A DNA stretch of 64,000 bases from Octopus vulgaris. Lineage: Eukaryota. Under the pieces are notes generated by a model. It did not search any database, was not told the origin of the DNA, and worked only from the letters and a program-made list of their open reading frames with translations. The stretch spans positions 21,576,001 to 21,640,000 of the forward strand of contig OX597838.1 of assembly GCA_951406725.2 (NCBI GenBank), in the 5' to 3' direction. Shown here one piece after another: positions 1-13,645 of the stretch (positions within the stretch are counted from its first letter, which is position 1; every line of letters starts with the position of its first letter). The position numbers and the translations under genes were made by a program.

Positions 1-76
1 TATACATACATATACATACACACACACATACACAGATACACGTGTGTATGTATATATGTGTGTATATTTTATGTAT

Positions 77-269
77 CTGTGTTTGTCTTCCAACCATCGC
101 TTGACAACTGATGCTGGTGTGTTTACGTCCCCATCACTTAGCAGTTCGGCAAGAGAGACTGATAGAATAAGTACTGGGCTTACAAAGAATAGGTCCTAGG
201 ATCGATTTGCTCGACTAAAGGCGGTGCTCCAGTATGGCTACAGTCAAATGACTGAAACAAATAAAAGAA
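77..269 (+). mobile_element. SINE family A, 3' half
   Basis: Matches the 3' module of full copies (catcgcttgacaac...gatagaataagtact...ggcggtgctccag...gactgaaacaa) at 4520-4709 and 22840-23036. Confidence 0.85.
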
Positions 270-510
270 TAGCCAGTTTTGATTTCGTTACGATGTTTCG
301 TATCAGAGATGCCTGATGTAAAAAAAAAAAAAAACGAGATCGGAGATGAAAAATGAGCATTGATATATAAAAACTTTTGATATAAGAAGTAACGTTTAAC
401 ACCACCTAAACACGCTTGTCCCCTAGGAACCGACGATACTGCTATTTTAACCCCAGGAGGACGCCTCTTCCAGCTGGTTATAGAAGTGCATTCCGCACTT
501 GATATATATT

Positions 511-727
511 TATTTCCTTATTACCCATAAGGGGCTAAACATAGAGGGGACAAACAAAGACAGACAAACGGATTAAGTCGATTACATCGACCCCGGTGCG
601 TAACTGGTACTTAATTTATCGACCCCGAAAGGATAAAAGGCAAAGTCGACCTCGGCGGAATTTGAACCCAGAACGTAACGGCAGACGAAATACGACTATG
701 CATTTCGCCCGGCGTGCTAACGTTTCT
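511..727 (-). mobile_element. SINE family B (tRNA-like head, Deu/Nin-like domain), 5'-truncated
   Basis: Reverse complement of the B consensus: B-box ggttcaaattcc, then cctttcggggtcgataaattaagtaccag; same sequence at 3622-3840 and 42929-43992. Confidence 0.85.
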
Positions 728-1314
728 AGATCTCCCTACTATTTTAGCCCCGAAACCATCAGACCGTATAGTTTCGACTTCTTTATGGTCATCCTCGGAC
801 ACAGCAGTAGTTCACTCCACGTAGGAATATATACAAAAATAAGTGCAACAAGCAAACGAGATAGTCAAGAAAATTTCTATAAGAGATAAAAGCCGAGTAG
901 TATAAATACTGCTATCGTCTCTAAATAAGATTTTCTTGCATGTAACGTTTAATATACCGTGTAGTATATTATAGTTATATTACGAAATGCGGTGCTCCTA
1001 CACGTCGTTAATAATTTTTGCCATTGTGTGCACATTTTTGCTAGTGTGCGCACATATTTTTAATTTGTGCGCTAGTTGTAAAACGTGTGCGCGCGCACAA
1101 ATGCACAACATGGAGATTGCATTGATTGCAGCTCCACAGTGTAATTCAAGGCAACCCCCCACCACACACACACAATACATTACTGGTCTACCCTGATACA
1201 TCAAAGGGAAGTAAGTGCCTCTTCGCAGTTCTTAACGCCTACCTTCAGTTATATAGCCAGGCTACAGTCCATTTAGCCACACCAAATTTCCCCCCACTTG
1301 CACTTGAGGGCAAC

Positions 1315-1349
<35 letters not shown>

Positions 1350-1359
1350 CTCTCTTGCT

Positions 1360-1490
1360 CTCTCACCCCTCACTTTCCTTTTCAAGTGGTACTTAAAGCA
1401 GTTGGGTGAGGGCTTTTGGTCTGAGAGGTAAAATGGCTCTGTCCTAAAAACCTTTCGACCACACAACTTCCTTCGCCGCTGCCACAAAGT
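1360..1490 (-). pseudogene. Degenerate Tx1/L1-type LINE ORF2 C-terminal fragment
   Basis: Minus strand reads ...NCFKYHLKRKVRGER and shares aagtaccacttgaaaaggaaagtgag with 48555-48580 (NFFKYHLKRKVRVER); abuts a (CT)n tract. Confidence 0.7.
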
Positions 1491-1574
1491 AGAGGAAAAC
1501 AAACCGCCTCCCCTTGCAAAAAAAGGAAGGCGTTATTATAATATACACAATAGCAGCAGCAACAACAATAGTGG

Positions 1575-1640
1575 TGGGGCGCAATGGCCCAGTGGTTAGA
1601 GTAGCGGACTCGCGGTCGTAAGAATGCGGTTTCGATCCTA
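1575..1640 (+). mobile_element. SINE family D tRNA-derived head
   Basis: A-box tggcccagtgg, B-box gtttcgatcc; paralogous to 2063-2130. Confidence 0.7.
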
Positions 1641-1689
1641 GTGTTAACTATTTCATCGCCTTCCATTTGACGAAGTAGCAAACGGAACG

Positions 1690-1895
1690 GCCACCGCCAT
1701 CGTCACCACCGCCGCCACCACCACCACCATCACCATCGCCGCCACCGCCACCACCACCACCACCACCACCACCACAACTACAACACGACTTACTAGTACT
1801 ACTACTACTACTACGACGACCACCACCACCACCAGTACCGCCAGCAACAATAAGAACAGCAGCAACAAAAACAGCAACAACAAAAACAACAAAAA
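1690..1895. repeat. Compound trinucleotide microsatellite (CAC/CGC/CTA/CAA)
   Basis: Directly visible. Confidence 0.9.
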
Positions 1896-1965
1896 CTGCG
1901 AATCACGTACAGAAAAAAAAAACGCACAAACATATACATACCTACACACACACAGAGTGTGTGAG

Positions 1966-1997
<32 letters not shown>

Positions 1998-2062
1998 ATC
2001 AATGGCTTTTGTAAAGCGCATGCGAGTAAGCGCATACATACATTTATACATGATCATACATG

Positions 2063-2215
2063 TGGGGGCACATGGCCTAGTGGTTAGAGCAACGGACTCG
2101 CGGTCGAGGAATCGCGGGTTCGAATCTCAGACCGGGCGATGTGTGTGTGTTTATGAGCGAAACACCTAAGCTCCGTACGGCTCCACGCTGACTCCTTTGA
2201 CACTCTTTCCTCCTG
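2063..2215 (+). mobile_element. SINE family D (tRNA-derived head plus partial body)
   Basis: tggcctagtggttagagc...gggttcgaatctc pol III A/B boxes; no paired acceptor stem, continues into SINE body. Confidence 0.7.
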
Positions 2216-2765
2216 CATTCCAGAAGGAACAAACATGATCATACATTCACACATCTTCATGTGCCTTCACACAAGCACGGACACACGGACACACACACAT
2301 ATGTGTGTGTGTATGTGTGTGCGGTCGGTGTATGCATGTGTCTTTGCGTTTATGTCTGTCCCCCACCCCACCTCTCAACACCGCTCGACAGCCGCTGATA
2401 GTTTGTTTATGTCCATGTATCTTGGCGTCTCGGCAAAAAGACACCAATGGAACAAGTACCGGACTAAGTAAATAGGTGGTGGGCCCAGCATGGCCGCAGT
2501 CAAAATAACTGGGACAAGTAAGAGAAAAAAGCTAAAGAAAAGGAATATTATAAAAAAACTAAAACTAAAAAAGATATAATACAAAATACTGGCAAGATCA
2601 TTCAGTCTGGAAGCATGTGCCCTCTACACCGCGTCCACCTGACACATTTATAGCCCCCACATGGTTCCGTAGATTTGGTAGAAACTGAAAGAAGTTCGGC
2701 TAATATATATATGTGTGTGTACATACGTGGACAGATAAATAGGTATAGAGGTAGATAAAGATACA

Positions 2766-2807
<42 letters not shown>

Positions 2808-3132
2808 TAGATATATATATGCATTTGTGTATACGTATGTATATGTACGTGTGTGTATATATATAAAGGGGTTTGTATGATTGTGTAAAGAGGGATATAT
2901 ATTATTCAAAGGAATTCCAACTCTGTCTGTTTTTGATGTTTAATTTATATTCTTTATAATATTAATGTAGAATATAGAATATATAGTGTAAATAGTATAT
3001 ATAGTAAAATGAAATGAAGTAGTGATTGTCTTATTGAATAGATGAAATATTGAATATCAAATATTAAGGGACTAGTATACTTTCATGCGTTATAGCAGTC
3101 TTCAAGGTCCCATGTTGTGACAGGAGTGTTTC

Positions 3133-3190
<58 letters not shown>

Positions 3191-3192
<2 letters not shown>

Positions 3193-3501
3193 TGAGAACC
3201 CTTCGGTCATGACTGACCGTGGGATTGCACCTAGAAAGCTACCCTCCCAGGCACAAGTCCGGGCAAGGTTGTTTATGGAAGAGCAGCAGTTGCCCATGCA
3301 TACCAGTCTCCCCTCTCCACGCCACCGATGTTATCCAAGGGAAAGGCAAAGGCTGATACAGCTTGGCACCTGTGACATCGCAACTCATTCCTCCTACGGC
3401 TGAGTGAACTGGAGCAACGTGAAATAAAGCGTGTTGCTCGAGGACACAACACGCAGCCCGATCGTAAGCTCGACGCTCTAACCATTGAGCCACGCGCCTT
3501 C
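3191..3501 (-). mobile_element. SINE family C, tail variant 3
   Basis: Head ggcgcgtggctcaatggttagagc and shared core tttatttcacgttgctccagttcactcagc; 3' tail unrelated to the other C copies. Confidence 0.8.
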
Positions 3502-3521
3502 ACACAGACACACACACATAC

Positions 3522-3597
<76 letters not shown>

Positions 3598-3621
3598 ATA
3601 CATGTATTTGTATACATATAT

Positions 3622-3840
3622 ATATTTCTTTACTACCCACAAGGGGCTAAATACAGAGAGGACAAACAAGGACAGACAAAGGGATCAAGTCGATTTCATC
3701 GACCCCAGTGCGTAACTGGTACTTGATTTATCGACCCTGAAAGAATGAAAGGTAAAGTCGACCTCGGCGGAATTTGAACCCAGAACGTAATGGCAGACGA
3801 AACACGGCTACGCATTTCGCCGGGCGTGCTAACGGTTCTG
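3622..3840 (-). mobile_element. SINE family B
   Basis: Near-identical to 511-727. Confidence 0.85.
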
Positions 3841-3869
3841 ATGTATTTGTATATATATATTGTATTTGT

Positions 3870-3957
<88 letters not shown>

Positions 3958-3962
3958 CATAC

Positions 3963-4045
<83 letters not shown>

Positions 4046-4307
4046 TTGTGTCTGTGTTTCTCCCCTTACCCCACCACCGTCTGAACAACCGGGGTTGCCG
4101 TGTTTCGACTCCCCATTAACTCGGTTCCGCATAAGGGAACCAACATGAATAAGAACCGGGGCTTAAAAAAAAAAAAAAAAAATTAATCGATGAGGCGGGC
4201 CTGGTGTGGGGCTCGATTTAGTTCGACTAAAATTCCTCAAGGGTGAGGTATACTGCACCAGCATAGCCGCAGTCAAACGACTGCAACAAGTTAAAAAAAT
4301 AAAAATA

Positions 4308-4709
4308 GGCGCAGGAGTGGCTGTGTGGTAAGTAGCTTGCTAACCAACCACATGGTTCCGGGTTCAGTCCCACTGCGTGGCATCTTGGGCAAGTGTCTTC
4401 TGCTATAGCCCCGGGCCGACCAATGCCTTGTGAGTGGATTTGGTAGACGGAAACTGAAAGAAGCCCGTCGTATATATGTATATATATATATATATGTGAG
4501 TGTGTGTTTGTATGTATGTGTTTGTCCCCCCCAACATCGCTTGACAACCGATGCTGGTGTGTTTATGTCCCCGTCGCTTAGCGGTTCTGCAAAAGAGACC
4601 GATAGAATAAGTACTGGGCTTACAAAGAATAAGTCCCGGGATCGATTTGCTCGACTAAAGGCGGTGCTCCAGCATGGCCGCAGTCAAATGACTGAAACAA
4701 ATAAAAGAG
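4308..4709 (+). mobile_element. SINE family A, full length with internal (TA)/(TG) tract
   Basis: A-box tggctgtgtgg, B-box ggttcagtcc, tcttgggcaagt, internal microsatellite, 3' module ending gactgaaacaaataaaagag. Confidence 0.9.
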
Positions 4710-5401
4710 TAAACAATATAATATAAAAAAATAAACAGAAGTGAACAAGCTTGCCTACCTGAGTTGACTGCCTGCCTCGCGTCTAAAATAACCCAGTAAA
4801 TCAACTGTGAATGGTTGCATGTAAGATAGACAGATATGTCTGTCTTTATATCGGGGCAGCCAATTGGCTGCGACGTTAGGGCGTAGGGTAAAAGGTTTTT
4901 CCTGTTTTCGCTGTTACTCTTCAACTATTTTCTTTCGTATTCTTTTTTCTCTCTCTCTCTTTCTCTGTTTATTTATTTATTTATTTATTTATTTATTATT
5001 TTTTGCTGCAATGAGTTCAAATCCTGTCGGAGCTTGAACTAAACTAAACTTTCGTTATTTCGTTATTTCGCGTGTTAAAGAAAGTACCTAGGGTAACCTG
5101 GTTCGATTCTCTTTCTCTCTCTGGTCTGTGTTTATAATCCAAAAGGTTGGTTATCCACAGCATTTGATAAACGGAAACTGAAGGAATCCCAATATTACAT
5201 ATATATATATATATATATATATCCAAATTTGAATAGAGGTTTAAGGAAGGAAGGAAGTAAATAAAATCCACGCGTGTGTGTTAGTGTGTGTGTGTGTGTC
5301 ACCACCGCTTGACAACCGGTATTGGAGTTTTACTTCTCCGTAATTAACCAATTCGGCAAAACACACCGATGGAATAAGTACCTGTCGTAAAATAAAATAA
5401 A

Positions 5402-5473
<72 letters not shown>

Positions 5474-5584
5474 TACTATTATTGCAGTTAATTCGTTCCA
5501 CTAAAATCTTTCAAGGCAGTGCCCCAGCGTGGTCGCAATCTAATGACTGAAACAAGTAAAAGAATCTATCTATCTATCTATCTT

Positions 5585-5647
<63 letters not shown>

Positions 5648-5685
5648 GTTTGTCTGTCTGTCTGTCTGTCTATATATGTATATAT

Positions 5686-5846
5686 GTGGCTGTGTGGTAA
5701 GAAGCTTGCTTACCAACCACATGGTTTCGGGTTCAGTCCCACTGTGTGGCACCTTAGGCAAGTATCTTCTACTATAGCCTCGGACCGACCAAAGCCTTGT
5801 GAGTGGATTTGGTAGACGGAAACTGAAAGAAGCTGTCGTGTATATA

Positions 5847-5915
<69 letters not shown>

Positions 5916-6131
5916 ATGTGTGTATATGTTTGTGTGTTTGTGTTTTTGACAACCGACGCTGGTGTGTTTACGTCCCCGTAACTTAGCGCTTCGGGAAAAG
6001 AGAGCCGATAGAATAAGTACAAGGCTTACAAAGAATAAATCCTGGGGTCGATTTGCTCGACTAATGGCGGTGCTCCAACATGGCCACAGTCAAATGACTG
6101 AAACAAGTAAATGAGAAAAAGAGTATGTATG

Positions 6132-6192
<61 letters not shown>

Positions 6193-6390
6193 TTGTGTAT
6201 CTGTTTGTCCCACCCAGCATCGCTTGACAACCGACACTGGTGTGTTTACGTCCCCGTAACTTAGCGATTCGGGAAAAGAGAGCCGATGGAATAAGTACTA
6301 AGGCTTACAAAGAATGCGTCCTGGGGGGTCGATGTGCTCGACTTAAAGGCGGTGCTGCAGCATGGCCGCAGTCAAATGACTGAAACAAAA

Positions 6391-6392
<2 letters not shown>
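5686..6392 (+). mobile_element. SINE family A full copy followed by a second 3' module
   Basis: 5686-6115 is a near-complete copy; 6197-6392 repeats the 3' module with shared variants (ttcgggaaaagagagccgat). Confidence 0.85.
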
Positions 6393-6472
<80 letters not shown>

Positions 6473-6621
6473 TATATAGAGGGTACCTATATTCATAGAA
6501 ACCGCACGCTATTAGAGGGACCCTTGCGGTCAAGACTACTAAAATAAACAAACTTCAAAGCAAGTCACTTAAAAAAAGGAATTTAGTTACATATCACCTG
6601 TGATTTCGCAATTAATGCAGA

Positions 6622-6667
<46 letters not shown>

Positions 6668-8069
6668 TGAAAGGTCTCCAACGTGGTTGTGGATGGCGAA
6701 TGAGTGTGTAAACGGAATAACGCGTTCGTTATTCTGCGAGCAGATTTCGTTTGCGAACGAAGTTGGAAACCGAAGTTGTGTGGATGCCCGTGTTTATGTA
6801 TGAGTATGTATGCGTTTCATTGCTTATAACTGAGTGTGTGTGTGTATGTGTGCGTGTGTGAGTTTGCTTTGAAAGGGGGCGAGGGAGGCTAAGCGAGTGC
6901 CGCCGCTTCGCATGTGTTTGTGTTTCTTCCACACCTCGCTCTGTCTCTCTGTCTGTCTCTCTCATCCTCACTCGCTCGCTCGCTTGCTCGCTCCCTCTGC
7001 ATGTTGTGTGTGTGTGTGTGTGTGTGTGCGTATGAGGGCCCGTTTTTCAGTGCATGCGTGTGTGCGCGCGCGCCTGTGTGTGCATGCGTGTGCGAGTGCG
7101 TGTTTGTGTGAGAGAGTGAGTGAGAGTGTGTGTGTATGTGTGTGTGTGTGTGTTTGAAAACGAGACAATGTAGGACAACGAAAGTGTGTGTGTGTATATA
7201 CGTGTGCGCTTGTGTGTATGTGCGTGTAAGAGACCGTAAGCGTGTGTGTTTAAGTAGGTGAACGTGTTTGCTGTGTGAGAGAGTGTGTGAGCGTATCTGT
7301 GTGTGCGCGCGTGTGTATTGTGTGTGTATTTGACAGTAAAATGTGGGTCTCTGTTTCTACGTCTAAGTTTGTAAGTGTGTGTGTCCGCACGAGGCTACTA
7401 ATATGTGTGTGTGTGTGTGTGTGTGTCTTTAAAAGACCATGTAAGTACGTGAACGGGCGCGAGTTTGCATCTATTTAAGAGAGAGAGAGAGAGAAAGAAA
7501 GGAGTAGTAAGGAGTATAAGTGTGTGTGTGTGTGTGTGTGTGTACGCGGACCTCAAGAATAAAGGAGAGACAGGAAAGGTATTGTATGTATATGTAGCAT
7601 ATCACACGCACACACATACACACGCACACACACACACATATACATGCACATACGCATAAATATATATATATATATATGAAGGTGTGTGAATGTATGTATG
7701 ATCATGTATAAATGTATGTATATGCTTGCTCGCATGCATGTGTGTGTGAGTGTGTGTGTGAGCCAATTGCTGTTATGTATTGTGTGTGTATGTGTGTGTG
7801 TATAAATGGGGTTGTGTCTGGTTGTATGTAATTTGTTTCAGCATAAAGGAGTGTATGTATATATATGTGGTGCATGCATTTATATATGTTTCTACGCATG
7901 TGTATGTACATTTCTCTCTTTCTCTCCTCACAACCACATGGTTCTGGGTTCAGTCCCACTACGTGGCACCTTGGGTAAGTGTCTTCTGCTATAGCCTCAG
8001 ACCAACCAAAGCCTTGTGAGTGGATTTGGTAGACGGAAACTTTAAGAAGCCCGTCTTGAACCACAGAAC

Positions 8070-8240
8070 TCAACATGTTTTTTTCATTCTCTATTTATTT
8101 CCTCTTAGTCCTTTCTGCTGAAGAGCGTAGGCTCGAAACGTAAAAGACCTTTCCATTTTTCCCGAGCGTCAAACTAATACACTGGCTTGTTATTCCTACA
8201 CCTGTTTTCGCCTTTGTTTTTCTATAAATTTCAACTATAT
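8070..8240 (+). mobile_element. Penelope-like short element P1 with variant minimal hammerhead motif (8108-8148)
   Basis: cttt-CTGCTGA-a-gagc gtag gctc-GAAAC-GTA-aaag; paralogues at about 15230, 23600, 26790 and 39045(-). Confidence 0.6.
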
Positions 8241-8273
8241 ATATGTCTGTATGCGCGTGTGCGCGAATGTCTG

Positions 8274-8390
<117 letters not shown>

Positions 8391-8464
8391 ATATCTATCT
8401 ATCTATCTACATACACATATATACACACATATGAATATGTGTATATATCTATGTATGTGTGTCT

Positions 8465-8777
8465 TTGTGTCTGGCTTCGTCCCCCACCACCACCACGGCT
8501 TGACAACCGATGCTGGTATATTTACGTCCCCGTAAATTAGCGTTCCGGCAAACGAGTGTGATAGAATAAGTACTAGACTTTAAAGGAAGTCCTAGGGTCG
8601 ATTTGTTCGACTAAAATCCTTCAAGCCGTTGCTCCAGCGTGGCCGCCGCCTAATGACAGAGACAGGTAAAAGATATAAGCTAGAAGATATAGGCGCAAGA
8701 GTGGCCGTGTGGTAAGTAGCTTGCTTACTAACCACATAGATCTGGGTTCAGCGCCAGTGCGTGGCACCTTGGGCAAG
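8465..8777 (+). mobile_element. SINE A 3' module followed by a second SINE A head
   Basis: Similarity to the family A copies in this window. Confidence 0.75.
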
Positions 8778-8845
8778 AAAGCGAACTTTAGGCTAGTTAA
8801 AAATATGTCTGTGTATCTGCACAGTTTTGAAAGAGAAAGAAAGGC

Positions 8846-8882
<37 letters not shown>

Positions 8883-9683
8883 GAAAGAGAGAGAGAGAGG
8901 GAAAGAGAGAAAGAGAGAGAGAGAGGGGGAGACAGACTGACAGACAGACAGAAAAAGAAACAATAGATATGTGTGCGTGTGTGTGTGTGTGTTGGTGTGT
9001 GCGTACCTATTCGCAAGTCTATGGATGTATCAAAAGGAGTCATTGAGAGTCAGAGTCAACACATGCAGTAGACGTGTGTGTGTATGCGTGTGCGAGTGTT
9101 TGCCTGCGTGTGTGCGCGCCTGTATGTATGTGTGTATGTGTGTGCGTGTTTGTGCGTGCGCGTATGTGTGTGTATGTGTGTGTACGCGCGCGTGTATGTG
9201 GTGTGTGTGTGTGGGACATGTGTGCATGTGTGTGTATGCCTGCATGAGTGTGTGTGTGCGTGCATGTGTGTGCGTGTACGCGTGCGCACACGTATGTATG
9301 CATGTTTGTGCGTGCGTGTGGGGATTCGTGTATGTGTGTGTGCGTGCATGCTTGCGTGTATGTGGCGTGCGTGTGCATACGGGCGTGCGAGTATGAGTCT
9401 CTGTGTTGTGTTTTTGTGCTTGCGTGTGTGGGTGTGTGTATGTATGTATGTACGTGTGTTTGTGTGTGTGTGTGCATGCGTGCGTGTATGTGGTGTGTGC
9501 GTGCGTGCGCGTGTACATGCATGTGTGTGTATGTGTATGCGCCCGAGCGCGCGTAGTATTGTTTCTTTTCTGTGCGCAATTACGTTTCTCCCTTGTTTCC
9601 AAAAATGTTCACAGCTGTTTGTGTATATAACCATGCGTACATCAATGGAAGTGCGTGGGTTGATAATCACACGCGTGCATGTA

Positions 9684-9765
9684 CAGTAACCCTTCGACTA
9701 TCGCGGGTATCAGGTTCGCAAATCACCCGCGATAGGTGAATTTCCGCGAAGTAGAAACGGTACTG
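9684..9765. mobile_element. Short Tigger/pogo-like MITE remnant
   Basis: TA-flanked imperfect inverted ends cagtaacccttcgactatcgcgg / ccgcgaagtagaaacggtactg. Confidence 0.5.
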
Positions 9766-9769
9766 TACT

Positions 9770-9968
9770 CTCTTTTTACTCTTCTACATGTTTCAGTCAT
9801 TTGACTGCGGCCATGCTGGAGCATCGCCTTTTAGTCGAGCAAATCGAGCCCTCCCCTCCCTCCAGGACTTATTCTTTGTAAGCTTGGTACTTATTCTGTC
9901 GGTGTCTTTTTGCCGAACCGCTAAGTTACGGAGACGTAAGCACACCAGCACCGGTTGTCAAGCGATGT
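9770..9968 (-). mobile_element. SINE family A, 3' half
   Basis: Reverse complement of the A 3' module. Confidence 0.85.
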
Positions 9969-10437
9969 TTCATATAGGAAAACAGTATTTTCCTACATGA
10001 AAATATATATGGCCGCAGGCATGTCTGTGTGTAATAAGCTTGCTCTACAACTATGTGATTTCAGGTTCAGTCTCACTGGCAGGCGCTTTGGACAAATGTC
10101 TTCTACTATAGATTCCCCGGACATACCAGTTCCTTGTGAGGGAAGTTCGAAGTTTGGAGACGGAAATTGTGCAGAAGCACGAGGGTTATATATATATATA
10201 TGTTACGGTGATGTACTTGCATAGCAGGTGTCCTGATCTGAGATCGTGTGCTGGAACAAAAACAATTGCAGTGTGGAAGGTGGTTGCAAGCCATTTAAGA
10301 GACACAAAAAACCGTTAGATTCACTTCAACATTTGAAATTTAATTTGGCAAAATATTTTCGTCGCTTTGAGACCGCGACCTGACCACTGACAAAATTCTG
10401 TGCTGCATCTCTGCGGTTGTGTATGTATATGTGTGTG

Positions 10438-10497
<60 letters not shown>

Positions 10498-10545
10498 CAT
10501 ATATATATATATTATTATATGTATACATATATCGATATATATATA

Positions 10546-10595
<50 letters not shown>

Positions 10596-11436
10596 GATAT
10601 ATATATATATGTATGTATATATATGTGTGTGTGTATACTCGCACACACACATGCACACACACACATACGTACATGCACACATACGCATGCACACACATAC
10701 ATGCGCACACACACATGAACAGGCACACATACACACCACTAGCATTTAGATATAGACATCTTTCTGCATGTGCGTGCATATTTGTGTGTGTGTGTATGTG
10801 TGTGTGTGTGTGTGTTTCCCTGCATCCGTATTATCTATATATGCGTGTGGCAGTGTGTGGTTTTTTTGTTTTCCTCCAGAAGCGCATCGAGGCGTTCATT
10901 CTCCACGCTTGACTTCTCACGAGCATTTCCGTGTGTATGATGTATAACCCTATGTGTCTGATAACGAAATGTGTGTGTTGGGAACTTGTAAAGGGCAGTA
11001 TTTATGACCCTTTTCAGGGCCTCAGGCAAATAATGAGAGCAGGGTGTGAAGAAGCTATCCTCAAACTAGAAACCTATGACCTAGCTCAAATACTTGCAAC
11101 GGGGTGGAATCCAACTCGGGTACATTAACGACCGTTTTGTGGTACGAAACCGGCCGATAGTTTAAGAGGGTAGGCCACGGTGGGATTTGAATCCTGAACG
11201 CTAAGAGCTTGAAACAAATACTACAAGGCTTCGATGATTATGTCAGAGTCTTAGATTGGTTGGTTCTTTACTTATGGGCCCCTGGAAAGATAAAAGGGAA
11301 AAATTGATCCCTGTGGTATTTGAAACTAGGGCGCAAGGACCCTGAATAAATATAAATACCGTAAGACATTTAGTGCTTTTATCTAAATGGTTCGGCAAAT
11401 TCGCGTCTGTGTGTATGCGAGTGTATATTGGAGAGT

Positions 11437-11548
<112 letters not shown>

Positions 11549-11693
11549 AAGAGAGAGAGAGAGGGGCGAGAGAAAAGAGTGGAGAGACATGTGTAAGCAT
11601 ATACTAAATAATATATATATACATATATATATATTATATGTCTGTATAAATACACACACACACACACATATGTATATACAGATACATACATAC

Positions 11694-11725
<32 letters not shown>

Positions 11726-11826
11726 GTATGTATATATATACATACACATATATATAGATACATACATATATATATATATCTTTATACACATATGTATATA
11801 TAATATGATACATACATACATATATT

Positions 11827-11859
<33 letters not shown>

Positions 11860-12019
11860 GTGTGTGTGTGTGTACATTACTTATGTTATCCTATCTTATA
11901 TTATATTATATCATATATTATAATGGAAATAAATTGTTAGATTGTCATTAATACCCTGTACCGGTGAATTCGATGTCTTACACTCTCTTGGAGGAGTCGC
12001 CTTTCCCTTCATTTGTTAC

Positions 12020-12088
<69 letters not shown>

Positions 12089-12241
12089 ACGCGCACATGA
12101 CCCGAGGCTATAGTAGAAGACACTTACCCAAGGTGCCACTCAGTGGGACTGAACCCGGAACCATGTGGTTGGTAAACTTACCACACAGCCACTCCTACGC
12201 CTATACACACACACGCACACACGCACGCACACGCACACACA

Positions 12242-12291
<50 letters not shown>

Positions 12292-12409
12292 CACACTTAT
12301 GTATTCATACCTATGCGTACACACAAACACGTTCAAATCTCTAATTGTCGCTAGCCATTTTATATATATATATACTTTCCATTTGCCAAACTCACCGTTT
12401 TCATGACCC

Positions 12410-12485
12410 TACCTCTAACCCTAACCCTAACATAAACTCTAAACCTAACCACACCCCTAACCCTAATCCTAACCCTAACCCTAAC
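12410..12485. repeat. Degenerate (TAACCC)n telomere-like tract
   Basis: About 12 imperfect CCCTAA units. Confidence 0.75.
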
Positions 12486-13283
12486 GCTTCATATCTACTT
12501 CTTTACTTTTATACGCACCATTTCTCGGATTCTTAAATAACATTTCAATAAGTACTTATTGTTCTAACAACTTTACTGTACGCTACTTGTCCAACCCTCT
12601 TGCCATTCTTCAAGCTTATCATATTTCTTGCTAATTATGCAGACACCCTTCTTGACAATTTACAAAAGAAAAAAAAATCTAACATGCTTTATATATTTTA
12701 TTTTTCACACAAATTCTGAGTATTTCCTGAATAGTTTCAATGACAGGTACAATTTCAGCTTTTCATACAATTATTCGTTACGTTCGTTCCAGACACTCCT
12801 TCGGCTTCATCTCGTCTCACCCTATTATATATGTACTTCGGAGGTATATTCGTCAGGCAAGTGATTTGACCTTACACCGTCCGTTGATACTGAAACCGGT
12901 TGTAGTGCGGAAGACACGTGTTGGCTATTCAGAAATGCACAAAGCGTATTAACTTTGACTTAGACGTCTAATATTTGGTGTTGAAATTTTCGTTGCCTGA
13001 AACTGACAAGGTCTCAGTTCGTGGCAAATAATTTGACACCAAATAATGTTCCCGTGAAATTAGCAGTTCTTGTGTGTTTTTGAATGATTAATGTGTATTT
13101 TACACGCTGTAGTCATATAATCGATAATTACTTTCTATATATTTATACTAAATTGTGACTTCTATCATAACTACCTCTAATTTTGTCTGTCTGTCTGTCT
13201 GGTTAATTTCATATTTTTTATTTTGTTTCAGTCATTGGACTGCAGCCAACTTGAGGAATATATACATACACGCATGCATGCAT

Positions 13284-13435
<152 letters not shown>

Positions 13436-13600
13436 TAAAGTGACGGGTTGTTGCCATCTTAATGTGGCAGTCCCAAGAAAGGGAAGAATGTTACTATTAT
13501 TTAGCCCCAAGAAACAGCGTTTCTACTTGGCTACGTGACACAAGCGTTCTTGTGTCACTTCAAACAGGGGAGATAAGCACCTCCATCCAACAAAGCCAGC

Positions 13601-13645
13601 CTCCAGAGACTAGTTTCAGGGTTATTGCACTTCATCAGTCTGGAG
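13601..13645 (-). ncRNA. Minimal type-I hammerhead ribozyme motif (intact core, GUC site)
   Basis: Minus strand: ctccaga-CTGATGA-agtgcaataaccct-GAAAC-ta-GTC-tctggag; perfect 7-bp stem I, palindromic stem III (actagt). Confidence 0.75.

Noticed and set aside
750-805. Minus-strand hammerhead-like CCGAGGA...gac/gtc...GAAAC...GUC
   Set aside because: Stem I does not pair; at best a decayed motif
1575-2130. tRNA genes at 1575 and 2063 (and other A/B-box heads)
   Set aside because: No paired acceptor stem and they run into SINE bodies, so they are SINE heads
11952-11975. taccctgta resembling the miR-10 5' end
   Set aside because: The match stops after 9 nt and no precursor hairpin is evident
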